IMG/VR virus record: IMGVR_UViG_3300018080_000171
Source of the DNA: a virus
Strand: one strand, 5' to 3'
DNA length: 64,000 nucleotides
Position numbers and translations under genes: made by a program. The notes under the pieces are model-generated. The model was not told where the DNA came from and made no database searches. It saw nothing but the letters and a program-made list of their open reading frames with translations. The number at the start of each line of letters is the position of its first letter. The first letter of the stretch is position 1. Below, in pieces: positions 36,143-47,091 of this stretch.

Positions 36143-36742
36143 ATGAAATCAAATTTAAAATTATGGCAAGTTCTAATTATATCATTGCTTGCTTGCGGTC
36201 TATTGTATTGGTTCTTCGGTCCTCATCAGTTTAACAAGACAGATAACATCTTAAATGAAGCGTCAACAATGATAGAGCGGCATGAGGGAAAAAGTCATAA
36301 CGTCTATGACGATTCAAGGTCTATACCGACTATTGGTATCGGCTTTAACCTAAACAGCCCATATGCGAAAAGTAGGCTAAAGTTAATAGGGGTAGACTAT
36401 GACAAAATTATCGCTGGAAAGTCTTCTTTAACTAAAGAGCAGATGTATCATCTTTTTTATCAAGATGTTCAGACAGCAGTTGATGATGCTCGAAAGTTCT
36501 TACCTGGTTTTGATAAACAGCCTAAAGAGATACAAATTGCCTTAATTGATATGTCGTTTAATCTTGGGTATAATAGACTGATGCAGTTTGTAAAGTTCAG
36601 ACAAGCTTTAATGGATAGAGATTATCTTGAAGCGTCAAAAGAAATGATAGACTCAAGATGGTATCGTCAAGTCGGTAATCGGTCGAAAGAATTAGTTAGG
36701 ATAGTAGCCGCTCACCAGACACCTAAAAATCTAATCTTATAG
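36143..36742 (+). CDS. SAR-type endolysin, GH24 (T4-lysozyme-like)
   Basis: N-terminal signal-anchor region, then ERHEGKSHNVYDDSRSIPTIGIGFN matching the GH24 catalytic E-D-T region. Confidence 0.7.
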   Translation: MKSNLKLWQVLIISLLACGLLYWFFGPHQFNKTDNILNEASTMIERHEGKSHNVYDDSRSIPTIGIGFNLNSPYAKSRLKLIGVDYDKIIAGKSSLTKEQMYHLFYQDVQTAVDDARKFLPGFDKQPKEIQIALIDMSFNLGYNRLMQFVKFRQALMDRDYLEASKEMIDSRWYRQVGNRSKELVRIVAAHQTPKNLIL

Positions 36743-36782
36743 TAATGTAAGGTAATAATAACATTATTTTAGGAGCAAGAAA

Positions 36783-37214
36783 ATGTTTGGACAAGGTATA
36801 ATAGGAAGTAGTAAAGACGTTCCTCAATGGATACTTGACTTAGTTGAAGAGGTTGAGGGTTGGGAAGGGTTCTGTACAGATGGTATCTACTTTAAGGAGT
36901 CAAAATCAGATTATAGGGGAGCTTGCTATAATGTTGGCGGCAGATATATAGATTTGTATTTCGGTCGCGAAAAAACAGTTGAAAGAATTTGGATAGTATT
37001 GCATGAATTGGCTCATGCTTGTCAACATCTTGAAGCTCCAGAGACAATAACAAAGAAAAAGCCTGGGCGTAGAAATAGAGTTGTGCATAATCCAGCATTC
37101 TTTAAAATCGCTGCTCGATTCTTTTTAAAGTATGGTGGACAAGAGGTATTAGAGTTCGCTGCCAACAACGAATATAAACGAGGTCGTAAATATATGGTAT
37201 CACCAGACAATTAA
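36783..37214 (+). CDS. small HExxH metallopeptidase-like protein (143 aa)
   Basis: VLHELAHACQHLE motif. Confidence 0.4.
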   Translation: MFGQGIIGSSKDVPQWILDLVEEVEGWEGFCTDGIYFKESKSDYRGACYNVGGRYIDLYFGREKTVERIWIVLHELAHACQHLEAPETITKKKPGRRNRVVHNPAFFKIAARFFLKYGGQEVLEFAANNEYKRGRKYMVSPDN

Positions 37215-37234
37215 AAATCGAGGTTTATAGTATC

Positions 37235-37588
37235 ATGTTTAGAATAAAGAAATTTGAAATAATAGTAACAGTAATTATAGTTGGCACAATTATGCTATGC
37301 GTATACTGTTCTATACAAAAGGAGAAAAAGATGGCAGACAATATCTACATGAGAGTCAATCACATGTATACGCAAGATGGTGAACATTATGACAAGCATA
37401 TTCCTGTAGCTAATGCAGAAGAAGCCGTTATTGTTATCAATAGAGAAGCGGATAAACAAGTAAATGATATATCAGTTGGTTGGAACGCCTTTAGTTTTGA
37501 GGTTTGGGATGTAGATTCTCAAGAATGGGAATACTATTACGACGAAGAAGGTCGGGATATTGAAGAAATCATGTTAGAGACTGACTAA
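37235..37588 (+). CDS. membrane-anchored small protein (117 aa)
   Basis: N-terminal TM segment. Confidence 0.4.
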   Translation: MFRIKKFEIIVTVIIVGTIMLCVYCSIQKEKKMADNIYMRVNHMYTQDGEHYDKHIPVANAEEAVIVINREADKQVNDISVGWNAFSFEVWDVDSQEWEYYYDEEGRDIEEIMLETD

Positions 37589-37651
37589 TCACCAGACACC
37601 TAAAAATCTAATTTTATAGTAGTGTAATGATATTTGTTAAGAGGTGATAAA

Positions 37652-38314
37652 ATGGAAAATGAGAATAACTACTTTCAAACGATTAAGCCACCAGTAAAAG
37701 GTGGGGTAACTATTCGAAATAAAAAAGGTTTCTCGGGACTATACAGTGAGTATAAGAGCGAACCCACAAAACTAGGTCTAGAACTCTGGCTTATATTACA
37801 AGAGAACTGGAAAAGTTTAGGTCGGTTAGCTGGTCAAATGCTGCAGTATGGATATTGGGAAGATTACTTAAACGATGGAATATGTCTTTATTGTGGAAAG
37901 CACGATGTTGGACACTGTAATAGTGCTTCTGGCGATCTTGTGGTTAAGATGAGAGAGGGAGAGATAGCACCTGACCCATTAGCCCTAAAACACACTCATG
38001 TCCCTTCTACCCCTATGGTGTCGTCTGAGAATGAGGAACAAGATGGGTTACATCTACAATGGATATATGTAATTGACCCAGAAAATTCTACGCTGGAAGT
38101 TTTGAAGTCGGTCCGTAAAAGAGGAACATGTATTTCAATGATAAGAAATAGAAAATATCGACAAGAGTCATACCAGTATTTCCCTGTCGGTATATTCTCT
38201 TTACATGATAATATGCCTGATTGGGACGAAGTAGAGCAAAGAGGTCTTGATTTCGCTAAGTTCTATCATGAGAAGTATCAGGCTCACCAGACACTCAAAA
38301 ATTTAATCTTATAG
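37652..38314 (+). CDS. hypothetical protein (220 aa)
   Basis: A GAGGTGATAA RBS precedes the ATG. Confidence 0.45.
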   Translation: MENENNYFQTIKPPVKGGVTIRNKKGFSGLYSEYKSEPTKLGLELWLILQENWKSLGRLAGQMLQYGYWEDYLNDGICLYCGKHDVGHCNSASGDLVVKMREGEIAPDPLALKHTHVPSTPMVSSENEEQDGLHLQWIYVIDPENSTLEVLKSVRKRGTCISMIRNRKYRQESYQYFPVGIFSLHDNMPDWDEVEQRGLDFAKFYHEKYQAHQTLKNLIL

Positions 38315-38348
38315 TATTGTAAGGAAACAATATTCTAGGAGTAATAAA

Positions 38349-38693
38349 ATGGGAACTTATGTTAAAGTAACGATAGAACAATTTGACGAACTACTGAAAG
38401 CTTCTAAAGGCTGGAAAAAAGATATTTGCGGAAAAGAATTTGTCTATAATTATGAGATGACGCGGTTTCCTAATATTATAATCAAGGTTCTTACAAGCAT
38501 TAAAACAGAAAGTAATGCAGTAAGAGGAAAAGGGCAAGACGCAATAAGGGTTTTTGTTGTCCGTAAAGTAACTAAGGGCTTTGTAGGTTATGCCAAACAG
38601 GTCAGAGTCAATAGGACGATGAACTGGAGAGATAATGTCAAGAAAGCATTTATGAAACAAAGGTCTGGTATTTTAGCAAGGGAATTAAAATGA
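38349..38693 (+). CDS. basic small protein (114 aa)
   Basis: ATG ORF. Confidence 0.4.
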   Translation: MGTYVKVTIEQFDELLKASKGWKKDICGKEFVYNYEMTRFPNIIIKVLTSIKTESNAVRGKGQDAIRVFVVRKVTKGFVGYAKQVRVNRTMNWRDNVKKAFMKQRSGILARELK

Positions 38694-38765
38694 AAAATAT
38701 TATGTCAGCAATTATTATATCCTTTGGGGTATTGGAGTTTGTTTATCTTCTATTACGAGAGAATA

Positions 38766-38981
38766 ATGAAAAAGAAAACAGTATGGCAAATAGGTCGTAA
38801 ATCTCAAGTATTGGTGGAGAGACTATCCAAGAAAAAAGTTTATGAAAACTTTGGAGACAAAGAACAGCGTAAACTTGATACATTTATTGGAGATTTCTAC
38901 TCTTATACTCCAGAAGAACGTAAGTATATATCTCGGATAACTAATTCTTTTAGAGAATGGTGTAGGAGTTATACTGGCTAA
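38766..38981 (+). CDS. small basic protein (71 aa)
   Basis: Internal start MKKKT. The listed start is at 38724. Confidence 0.3.
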   Translation: MKKKTVWQIGRKSQVLVERLSKKKVYENFGDKEQRKLDTFIGDFYSYTPEERKYISRITNSFREWCRSYTG

Positions 38982-39053
38982 TCACCAGACACTTAAAAAT
39001 TGAGGTTTATAGTAATATAAGAAAATAATAATATTTTAGTAAAGGGTAGAACA

Positions 39054-39260
39054 ATGTATAATTTTCAAGTAGTAGTCGGAAACATAGGGACAGTTTATGA
39101 CGGAGATGATGCTGGCGAAGCGACTGAGACATATGAAGAATATGCTAAACAGTCTAGAAAAGGATATGGCAGAGCTGCAGATGAAGAAGTATCTTTGTTC
39201 ATAGGCGGCGAATGGGCTCGTCATAATCATTCTGAAGAAGCGGATATTATAGTAATATGA
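39054..39260 (+). CDS. small acidic protein (68 aa)
   Basis: ATG ORF. Confidence 0.35.
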   Translation: MYNFQVVVGNIGTVYDGDDAGEATETYEEYAKQSRKGYGRAADEEVSLFIGGEWARHNHSEEADIIVI

Positions 39261-39423
39261 AAGTTAATAGAGCAGATATAATCGAATATTTAGCAGACGA
39301 TGGATGTTGGGAAACAGCTATCTGTACTGAGACTGGGACTGAATCTTTTGGTTTCCTATGTTTGGATGGTCAAATGAGGATTCTTTTTTATGACGATAAG
39401 GATATTAAATGGAGACTTCCAGA

Positions 39424-39882
39424 ATGAAAAAACATTTTTATATACTTCGCGGCTTGCCGGGCAGTGGAAAATCAACAAAAGCTAAAAACTTAGCCGGAGA
39501 ATTAGGTCAAGTCTTTTCAGCAGATGACTATTTCTGTATAAATGAAGAGGGAGAATATAGGTTTGATGGTGACCAGCTCGGGCTAGCTCATCAATGGAAT
39601 CAAAGACGATCGCTCGAAGCTATAAAAGCGAATATCCCTATCGTTGTTATCGACAATACAAATACAACTCTTCGAGAGATAAAATCATATATCCCACATA
39701 TTAAACTCGCTCAAAAGATGGGATACGAGGTTAGTATCCAAGAGCCAGATACAGAGTGGGCTATGGATGTTGAAGAGCTGTTCAAAAGAGGTACCCACAA
39801 TGTGCCCGAAGAACATTTAAAAAAGATGTTAAATAGATACGTTAAGGGCGTTACGGTAGAAGACATACTTGTTTCTAAATAA
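39424..39882 (+). CDS. P-loop kinase (polynucleotide-kinase/AAA_33-like)
   Basis: Walker A GLPGSGKST, then D..F and VVIDNTN blocks typical of PNK-like kinases. Confidence 0.55.
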   Translation: MKKHFYILRGLPGSGKSTKAKNLAGELGQVFSADDYFCINEEGEYRFDGDQLGLAHQWNQRRSLEAIKANIPIVVIDNTNTTLREIKSYIPHIKLAQKMGYEVSIQEPDTEWAMDVEELFKRGTHNVPEEHLKKMLNRYVKGVTVEDILVSK

Positions 39883-40008
39883 AGTTATTGTTTTCGTTAA
39901 AGTTTTAAGCCCTCAGAAATGGGGGTTTTTTTCGTGTATCACCAGACACCTAAAAATTCAATCTTATAGAAGTGTTAATAATACTAACTTTTTTGGGAGC
40001 AAAAAAAA

Positions 40009-40296
40009 ATGGCAGACGAAAGAATCACAAAGTTGGATGCGGCAAACATGGTATCTGATTATAATGAGGGTACCATCTTTACAGTAACTTTTGTAAAGAG
40101 AGGTGACGGCTCGTTACGAGAGATGAATTGTCGCAAAGGCGTTAAAAAGCATATTAAGGATGGGATATTAAAGTTTGACCCTAAAAAGAAAAACCTTGTA
40201 TCTGTTTTCGATATGCAGAAAAAAGAGTATCGTATGATTTCCCTTGAGAATATTACAAAGGTCGTAATGAAGGGTAAAACCTATATTGTAGAGTAA
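40009..40296 (+). CDS. hypothetical protein (95 aa)
   Basis: ATG ORF followed by a terminator hairpin. Confidence 0.4.
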   Translation: MADERITKLDAANMVSDYNEGTIFTVTFVKRGDGSLREMNCRKGVKKHIKDGILKFDPKKKNLVSVFDMQKKEYRMISLENITKVVMKGKTYIVE

Positions 40297-40402
40297 TTGT
40301 CTTGAAGCCCCTTAATTGGGGGCTTTTTTATCTTATCACCAGACACTTAAAAATTCAATCTTATAGTATTGTAAGATATAACACTGAATAGGGAGTATTA
40401 AA

Positions 40403-40759
40403 ATGCTTAAGATGAGCGATATAGTATTATTGAATGTTACGGTTGCAGCTGAAATGTCATCAGCAAAACCCAATGATAAGACAATGAAGAACTATTTGCA
40501 ACAATGTATTCATATATCCAGACAAGTATTAAAGGGCGAAATAGATTTAGAATTTTTTGAAAAATTCTTTACTACTCGTTTCCCTAATGAACAGATTGAC
40601 CAACGATATTGTGAAGAATGGTTAAATAACTTTTCTAAAGGTCAAGAATGGCAGTTTGGTGATTATCAAACAAGATATGTATTGCAACAGATAGCCCCTG
40701 ATATATACCCAACTGATAAAGACGCTTATTTTTTGAGAGAAGTGAAAGGTTCAAAGTGA
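40403..40759 (+). CDS. hypothetical protein (118 aa)
   Basis: ATG ORF. Confidence 0.4.
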   Translation: MLKMSDIVLLNVTVAAEMSSAKPNDKTMKNYLQQCIHISRQVLKGEIDLEFFEKFFTTRFPNEQIDQRYCEEWLNNFSKGQEWQFGDYQTRYVLQQIAPDIYPTDKDAYFLREVKGSK

Positions 40760-40947
40760 TGAAAAGGCTAGATGATAAAAAAGAGTCCTTGCCTCAACAA
40801 TCAACTCCAGCAGTACAGCAAGTTGAGGTAAGGAGGGTGAACAGAATAAGGTTCAATACGTATTTTGCTGACTTTGGTGAAAGAAGGCAAAGAAAAGTTG
40901 GAATTATATTCAATGTAAGGTCTTGATTACCGAATAGGAGTAATGGT

Positions 40948-41280
40948 ATGTTTTTTAATATTACAAAATCTTTACATAAACAACAATGTAAGCCCGTATT
41001 CCATGACCGTTGTAATCACGTGCAAGGTTCTTATGTAGGTTCTATCACCGATTTAGAGGGTAAGTGGTATGATATTTATGTTTATAAATCTACTCTAAAT
41101 AAGAATAGTCAAGATGTCTGTATTAGATATGGAGAAGAGGATTATGAGTATATCTCTCCTGGCAGCCTCTTGAATGTCCTCAAATGTAGCGGAGAAATAT
41201 ACGAACTTGCTACTTACGTCATATTGAAGCATGGAACTATTGAGTTTATCCGAGACCCGAACGAGAAAGTAGATTGGTAA
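40948..41280 (+). CDS. hypothetical protein (110 aa)
   Basis: ATG ORF. Confidence 0.4.
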   Translation: MFFNITKSLHKQQCKPVFHDRCNHVQGSYVGSITDLEGKWYDIYVYKSTLNKNSQDVCIRYGEEDYEYISPGSLLNVLKCSGEIYELATYVILKHGTIEFIRDPNEKVDW

Positions 41281-41351
41281 TCACCAGACACCTAAAAATC
41301 CGGTCTTATAGTAATGTAAGGTAATGACACTTTAATTTTGGGAGTTGAAAA

Positions 41352-41636
41352 ATGCTAGATATACAGTTCTTATCAGATGATATATTAGAGGTAAAAGAAA
41401 CCACATTTACCTTCTTAGAAACAAAAGTCAGATATTTTTACTATGATGTCGTTAATTGGATAAAATACAATTACAGACCTGTAAGCACTCCAATGACAGT
41501 TGAGTTGATTAAAAGCAATCCTACACCTGATAAAAAATACCACGACGAATGCAATATGAGCGAAAGTGATATACAATGGTGTAAGACATACTATATCCCT
41601 AAAGCTAAATCACCAGACAAGGAGGTAGATGTATAA
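41352..41636 (+). CDS. hypothetical protein (94 aa)
   Basis: ATG ORF. Confidence 0.4.
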   Translation: MLDIQFLSDDILEVKETTFTFLETKVRYFYYDVVNWIKYNYRPVSTPMTVELIKSNPTPDKKYHDECNMSESDIQWCKTYYIPKAKSPDKEVDV

Positions 41637-41876
41637 TGGGTAAATATTATCTTGAAGATGGTGACGAAGTAACAGCAGACTTTGCAGAGGTAGAATATGT
41701 TAAATCTACTGGTGTTATGAGGTTCATGGGTTGGGGAGAATGTAACTATTTTTTTGCGGGGAAAAAGGTTAAATACGATAAAAAAGATAGAGCGTATATA
41801 GAATTAGAATAATCACCAGACACCTAAAAATCTAATCTTATAGTATTGTAAGATATAACACCTAATAGGATATATC

Positions 41877-42071
41877 ATGGCTAAGAAAAAGATAAAAAGA
41901 CGAAGAGTATCTACAGGTAGAAAAGGTATGGCATTACGCAATATGCCAATTATTATTAAAGATGGAATAACTCTTGAACCAATAATTAGGATGAATGTCG
42001 GACAAATGAGTGACGAATATATAAAAGATATTCACGATGATTTTTTAAGAATGGAGACAATAAATGTCTGA
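41877..42071 (+). CDS. small basic protein (64 aa)
   Basis: ATG ORF. Confidence 0.35.
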   Translation: MAKKKIKRRRVSTGRKGMALRNMPIIIKDGITLEPIIRMNVGQMSDEYIKDIHDDFLRMETINV

Positions 42072-42466
42072 AAGAATAACTACACCAGAAGAAGTAGCAA
42101 AAGAGATGATGGAAAACTATCAAGAATTTGCTATTGAAAAAATATGTTATTTTTTAAACGATAATCCAGAGATTTTTAAGTCTTGGACTGATTGGCTAAA
42201 TAAAGAAGGAGAGTTTTCAGATTAGTGATAAAGACAAAGTAATGGAGATTATCGAGAAACAACAAAGTATCCGAATTGGTGACCTAGAGTATAAATCAGG
42301 TATCTTTATTGTAGACCTTTTTAATCTCATCGAGGAGTTGATAGAAGAAGGCAAGATAGAGTGTAAACGTAATGGGATATTTAAGTACTATTCTATCACC
42401 TAATCACCAGACACCTAAAAATCTAATCTTATAGTATTGTAAACTATAACTTATTCGGAGTCGATT

Positions 42467-43006
42467 ATGAAACCTATACTATTCAACAAATATAAAATCA
42501 ACGGAAGACAAATTGCTGAAGCTATGTGGGGAACTGGAGGAACTCACGCGGTAAAGACTAACAGAAAAGGAGCCTATTATTATTCATGTTCGGCAAACGG
42601 GGGGTATGTAGTTAGTTTGAATGCGTTAACAGAAGAGGAAAAATCTCTACTTAATCAATACACCGAAACAATGAAAATACAAGCATTGGTGCAAAACAGA
42701 ACTGATGGTGACTATATTATAGCAGTATCTTTATCTGGAATACAGAGATATGTCGGCAAAAATAGACGATACAGATATACTCCACACCTCGGACAAGTCA
42801 AGTGGGTCGATATCGAATTTTATGCTTTTGAAGAAGATTGTGACTGGGCGATTCTTGAGAAGTTAACGGATGTAAAAACTCTTGATAGAGAGTCAACTTG
42901 CACTCCAGAAAAACGTCAAGAGATTGTCGATAATACGTTTGAAAGATGGGCGACACCGAAACGTAAATCACCAGACACTCAAAAATCTAATCTTATAGCA
43001 TTGTAA
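42467..43006 (+). CDS. hypothetical protein (179 aa); C-terminus encoded by the promoter motif
   Basis: Ends ...SPDTQKSNLIAL inside a motif copy. Confidence 0.45.
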   Translation: MKPILFNKYKINGRQIAEAMWGTGGTHAVKTNRKGAYYYSCSANGGYVVSLNALTEEEKSLLNQYTETMKIQALVQNRTDGDYIIAVSLSGIQRYVGKNRRYRYTPHLGQVKWVDIEFYAFEEDCDWAILEKLTDVKTLDRESTCTPEKRQEIVDNTFERWATPKRKSPDTQKSNLIAL

Positions 43007-43038
43007 AGAAAATGACATTTTTTTAAATAAAGATAATT

Positions 43039-43434
43039 ATGCGAAATCGAAAAAAACACGTAATATTACCGATACAGATACCTCAGGATATTCTTGATAT
43101 ACTCATTGCCTATCGAGAATGGCGTAAAGACCAGTATGCTTATCCATCAGGTCATAAAGATGTCATGCTTAAACAGATGACAGATGCCTGTAGAAAATGG
43201 CATTTATGGAGTTATTGGGAAAATTGTGCAGGCTCTTTCTTTATTCACTTGAATAATGGACTCGTAATATATACCCATATTAATGAGGATGAACCTCTTG
43301 TTATCCGGACTTGTGTTAATGGCGACCAGTTCAATCCTTGGGATGGTTCTTATCCTCGTAAAGAAGAGGGAGAATATAGAGAACAGTCGTTTGTTTATGA
43401 TTGGAGTAAATACGAGGATATAACTATAAAATAG
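43039..43434 (+). CDS. hypothetical protein (131 aa)
   Basis: ATG ORF followed by a hairpin terminator. Confidence 0.4.
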   Translation: MRNRKKHVILPIQIPQDILDILIAYREWRKDQYAYPSGHKDVMLKQMTDACRKWHLWSYWENCAGSFFIHLNNGLVIYTHINEDEPLVIRTCVNGDQFNPWDGSYPRKEEGEYREQSFVYDWSKYEDITIK

Positions 43435-43574
43435 AATCTTTCTTTTGTTGCTTTTTTACATATAAGGGTAGTCTTAATTGGCTACCCTTTTTATCGTGTT
43501 ACCAGACACCTAAAAATTTAATCTTATAGTATTGTAAAGGAATGATAATTATATTTTATTTTAGGAATTGTAAA

Positions 43575-44615
43575 ATGGTAACGAAGAATTGGGAAAGACC
43601 TGAAAAAGGTAAAGCAAGACGGTTTATGATGGCAAGCGAGGGAGCGTCTCATCATAAGAAAACAGCGAAGTTTTTTATGCCAGCAAAAAAATGTTACGAC
43701 ATTAAAGAGGGTTTAAAGAATAAAACTCTCAAGAGGCAAGACTATATCGTCGCGGTCGATAATAACCCAAAAGTATGTAAGAGTATTGATATATTCCTGT
43801 CCAAGAATTTCGACAATTATCAAGTAATTTGTAGCAATGTTCAAGAAGTCAATCTTATAGAAGTCTTAGAAGGTAAGAAGATAGATTTTATCTTTTTAGA
43901 CTTATGCGGCAGACTTAAAGCCGATCTTTGCAATTGGTTATATCAGTATAGGAATTGTTTTACCGATACTTGCCAGTTTGGTTTAACAGTTATTGCTTTT
44001 AATAGAGCTTCAAAATTTGAGCCTATTATTCATGATGAGATAAAAGGTACTGAATATCTCGAACAGCTTGAGTCTCTTTTGGAAGATTCAAGGAACAATT
44101 TAACTAGAAGTATTGTAGGTAAAAAGATAAAGATTGGCGACAAAAGGCAAGAAGTCAAAAAAGCCCAAGCTGTTATGGCGGTTAATGTAATAAAAAGCAT
44201 TAAAGCTAGTTGTTATTCTTTCCTTATCACAATGAATAATAAGGATATATCTATAAATAGACTATACAGATATAAAGACAAAAAACATTCAGAAATGGTT
44301 TTTATAGATTTTCGTTTTAATGGTAAAAAGACCGGAGATAACTTTATAACTAAACTTATCAAGAAGTATGACGATAATGTCAACCCTGTAAGTCAAGTTT
44401 TCAAATCTGTTAAGGTAAAGAAAGCTAAAAAAGGCATTACCCCAGTTATCGACAATGTATATACTATTATGGCAAAGCTACGAGAGAAAGCGGAGATTGA
44501 ATTACCTTTAACAGCGGGCAAAAAAGCGGCAATATCTAGATGGGCTAAAAAAGCTGGTAAAGACCCAATGAGAATGCAAAGAAAAATTGTAAATATACTT
44601 TCTAAATCAGTTTAG
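43575..44615 (+). CDS. hypothetical protein (346 aa)
   Basis: RBS AGGAATTG before MVTKNW. The listed 43542 start lies in the promoter motif. Confidence 0.45.
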   Translation: MVTKNWERPEKGKARRFMMASEGASHHKKTAKFFMPAKKCYDIKEGLKNKTLKRQDYIVAVDNNPKVCKSIDIFLSKNFDNYQVICSNVQEVNLIEVLEGKKIDFIFLDLCGRLKADLCNWLYQYRNCFTDTCQFGLTVIAFNRASKFEPIIHDEIKGTEYLEQLESLLEDSRNNLTRSIVGKKIKIGDKRQEVKKAQAVMAVNVIKSIKASCYSFLITMNNKDISINRLYRYKDKKHSEMVFIDFRFNGKKTGDNFITKLIKKYDDNVNPVSQVFKSVKVKKAKKGITPVIDNVYTIMAKLREKAEIELPLTAGKKAAISRWAKKAGKDPMRMQRKIVNILSKSV

Positions 44616-44732
44616 TCTTTAATCCCCCTTGAAATATAGGGGGCTTTTTTATCTTGTTACCAGACAACCAAAAATCGTATCTTATATGTATGTAAGGAAA
44701 TGTTAATATTACTTTTTTAGAAGGGGATACTT

Positions 44733-44927
44733 ATGAGTATCGCAACACGTCTTGGGATTATGGAAGCATACGAGTCGTATGACGCAATCCCACCAGCTAA
44801 AAGGGCTTGGATTACGATCAAAGCCAAGAAAGCTGGACTGAATCCGAATATGGTACATGCTGGCATTAAGGCAGCTTTCACCAAAAGAGCAAACCGCAAA
44901 AGTCGGTGCCATGCTTGCGGAAAGTAA
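44733..44927 (+). CDS. small basic protein (64 aa)
   Basis: ATG ORF with a GGGGAT RBS. Confidence 0.35.
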   Translation: MSIATRLGIMEAYESYDAIPPAKRAWITIKAKKAGLNPNMVHAGIKAAFTKRANRKSRCHACGK

Positions 44928-45276
44928 GAAATTAGCCCCCTGAAACACGGGGGCTTTTCTTTTCTCACCAGACACCTAAAAATTTAGTCTTATAGAAGTG
45001 TTAATAATAACACTGAATAGGGAGTAATAAGATGAAGATGGAAGAAATAAACATAAACGTACTGATGCCTGGCGATACGATATTCCACGATAACAAAGAA
45101 ATGACGGTTTGCAAGAAAGATCTAAAACGAGGCTTTTGTGGGATAACCGTTTTCGGAGACAGCTACAGAATGGGAACGATACCCGTTTTGCGAGTATTGG
45201 AATAGATACTTAATCACCAGACACTTAAAAATTTAGTCTTATAGTAATGTAAGATAAAACTTTTTTGGAGCAAAAA

Positions 45277-45540
45277 ATGTACGACGTAATAGAAAAAAAC
45301 TTATCAGAAGAATTTTCAACGGCTGCAAGAGCAGACCAAAAGGGTGTAAATATCCTTATTCTAAGGAATATCAATCCTATTAAGCGTTTAGACGGGGAAA
45401 TGGCTGATTATTCTCTTGAACACCAGTGGTTAAGAGATATGAGAGATATAACGTCTGTATTAGGTAGCGAGTATAGCTATTGGCAGAAAAAAGAGATTAA
45501 TTGGAAAGAATGTTTGTTCGACCAAGTAAATCTATTTTAA
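45277..45540 (+). CDS. small protein (87 aa)
   Basis: GGAGCAAAAAATG start. Confidence 0.4.
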   Translation: MYDVIEKNLSEEFSTAARADQKGVNILILRNINPIKRLDGEMADYSLEHQWLRDMRDITSVLGSEYSYWQKKEINWKECLFDQVNLF

Positions 45541-45828
45541 CCACCAGACACTCAAAAATCTAATCTTATAGTAATGTAAGGAAACGAAACTGAGGGCGTA
45601 TAACGCAGTCCTTATAACCAAAATGAGGCGTTATTGATACGAGATAGATATTATCTAAAAATTGCCCTATTCGATTCTCGTTAAAGAATAGGGCATACGT
45701 TATTAAAGGCGGGCAGAAATGCCACCCTAAATATAATATTGTTAATACTAGATAGGTATTGTATTTAAATACGCCCTATTCTATTCTAGTTAAAGAAGAC
45801 CGGGCATGGGTTTTTGAGGAAAAATACT

Positions 45829-46038
45829 ATGGAACAAAATATTAAAACTCTATTAGAATTACTAGCAGATAAACTAAGTATGGAGTATAAGGCTGTTAAG
45901 AAATGGTACAAGACTAACAAATACGACCAACAACAACTAGAAGTTATAAATAGACAAGTAGCGAATAATGAAATAGTTCTACATACTCTTGTTGGAGCAA
46001 TTGTAAATAATTCTGGATATAGAATATCCATTTATTAA
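45829..46038 (+). CDS. small protein (69 aa)
   Basis: GAGGAAAAATACTATG start. Confidence 0.35.
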   Translation: MEQNIKTLLELLADKLSMEYKAVKKWYKTNKYDQQQLEVINRQVANNEIVLHTLVGAIVNNSGYRISIY

Positions 46039-46105
46039 CTCACCAGACACTCAAAAATCGTATCTTATAGTATTGTAAACAATAACACTGAATAGGGATA
46101 ATGAT

Positions 46106-46309
46106 ATGAGAAGACTAAATAAAAAACAAATCAATTTCATCAAGACATGGTTTAAAAAGATGTGGACTGAAGTAGGCTCTGTTTGCACAATCGATCAGAT
46201 GAGCCAACCCGAACAAAATCAGTTGCAAGCCATGAATGACTACGAAACTCTATGGCAAAATGCCGATAGACTGATAAATGACTTGGCTCTTGAAGAAATG
46301 TATAAATAG
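46106..46309 (+). CDS. small protein (67 aa)
   Basis: ATG ORF. Confidence 0.35.
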   Translation: MRRLNKKQINFIKTWFKKMWTEVGSVCTIDQMSQPEQNQLQAMNDYETLWQNADRLINDLALEEMYK

Positions 46310-46542
46310 ATATTCTTTTCTTGCTTGAATGGATAACGCCTAATTGTGTTGTAGGTATCTTTCTGCCTTTTTTCCAGTATCGGACCATAATCACGAGCAA
46401 TTAGGAACAACGTTACTATTCATAACGTTTTTTTTCTTCATAATAGGAGTGGCGACATTATGTGTCGTCACTTACTTTTATCACCAGACACCTAAATATC
46501 TAATCTTATAGTATTGTAAGATAAAACTTTTTGGGAGAAAAA

Positions 46543-47025
46543 ATGAAACTAAGAATAAAATATCAAGACGAGATGTATGATGTCGAGGTTCTGGGCGATT
46601 ATAGAGTAGTAATCAAAGACTACAATACAAGCTTTTACCAGCAAGAGGGAGACGCAAAAATAAACCTAACACTCGACCAATGCAGACATTGTGGAGAATG
46701 GAAGTCGGAAGATGAAGAACTGTATGGAGAGGGATTTTGTTCTAAATGTTCGGCAATGTGTTTTGAATGTGAGGGATATTTCAACTATGTGGATATGATA
46801 CCTCCAGATATAGAAGCAGGACAAGAAGAGCCTGTATGTAAAGAATGTAATCTAAAGATGGCTAAAAAATTGTGGGCTGAATTTGGAGACGTTCCTATAG
46901 ATGAAAACGAGGATATAGATACAGATTGGAGAGAATTCCTGAAAGGAACTAACAAGTTTACTATTTGGCATTGGTTTGAAAGAGAATACAATGTTTCAAT
47001 AGCTAAAGACCTACAATGTACTTAA
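46543..47025 (+). CDS. Cys-rich zinc-ribbon protein (160 aa)
   Basis: CRHCGEW..CSKC..CFECEG..CKEC. Confidence 0.45.
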   Translation: MKLRIKYQDEMYDVEVLGDYRVVIKDYNTSFYQQEGDAKINLTLDQCRHCGEWKSEDEELYGEGFCSKCSAMCFECEGYFNYVDMIPPDIEAGQEEPVCKECNLKMAKKLWAEFGDVPIDENEDIDTDWREFLKGTNKFTIWHWFEREYNVSIAKDLQCT

Positions 47026-47091
47026 TCACCAGACACCTGAAAATACAGTCTTATAGAAGTGTTAATAATAACACTGAATAGGAGATTAACA

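Noticed and set aside
39869-40087. ORF 39869-40087, which spans a terminator hairpin and a promoter motif
   Set aside because: It reads straight through intergenic regulatory sequence (hairpin plus CACCAGACAC motif). The real gene starts at 40009 after a GGGAGC RBS.
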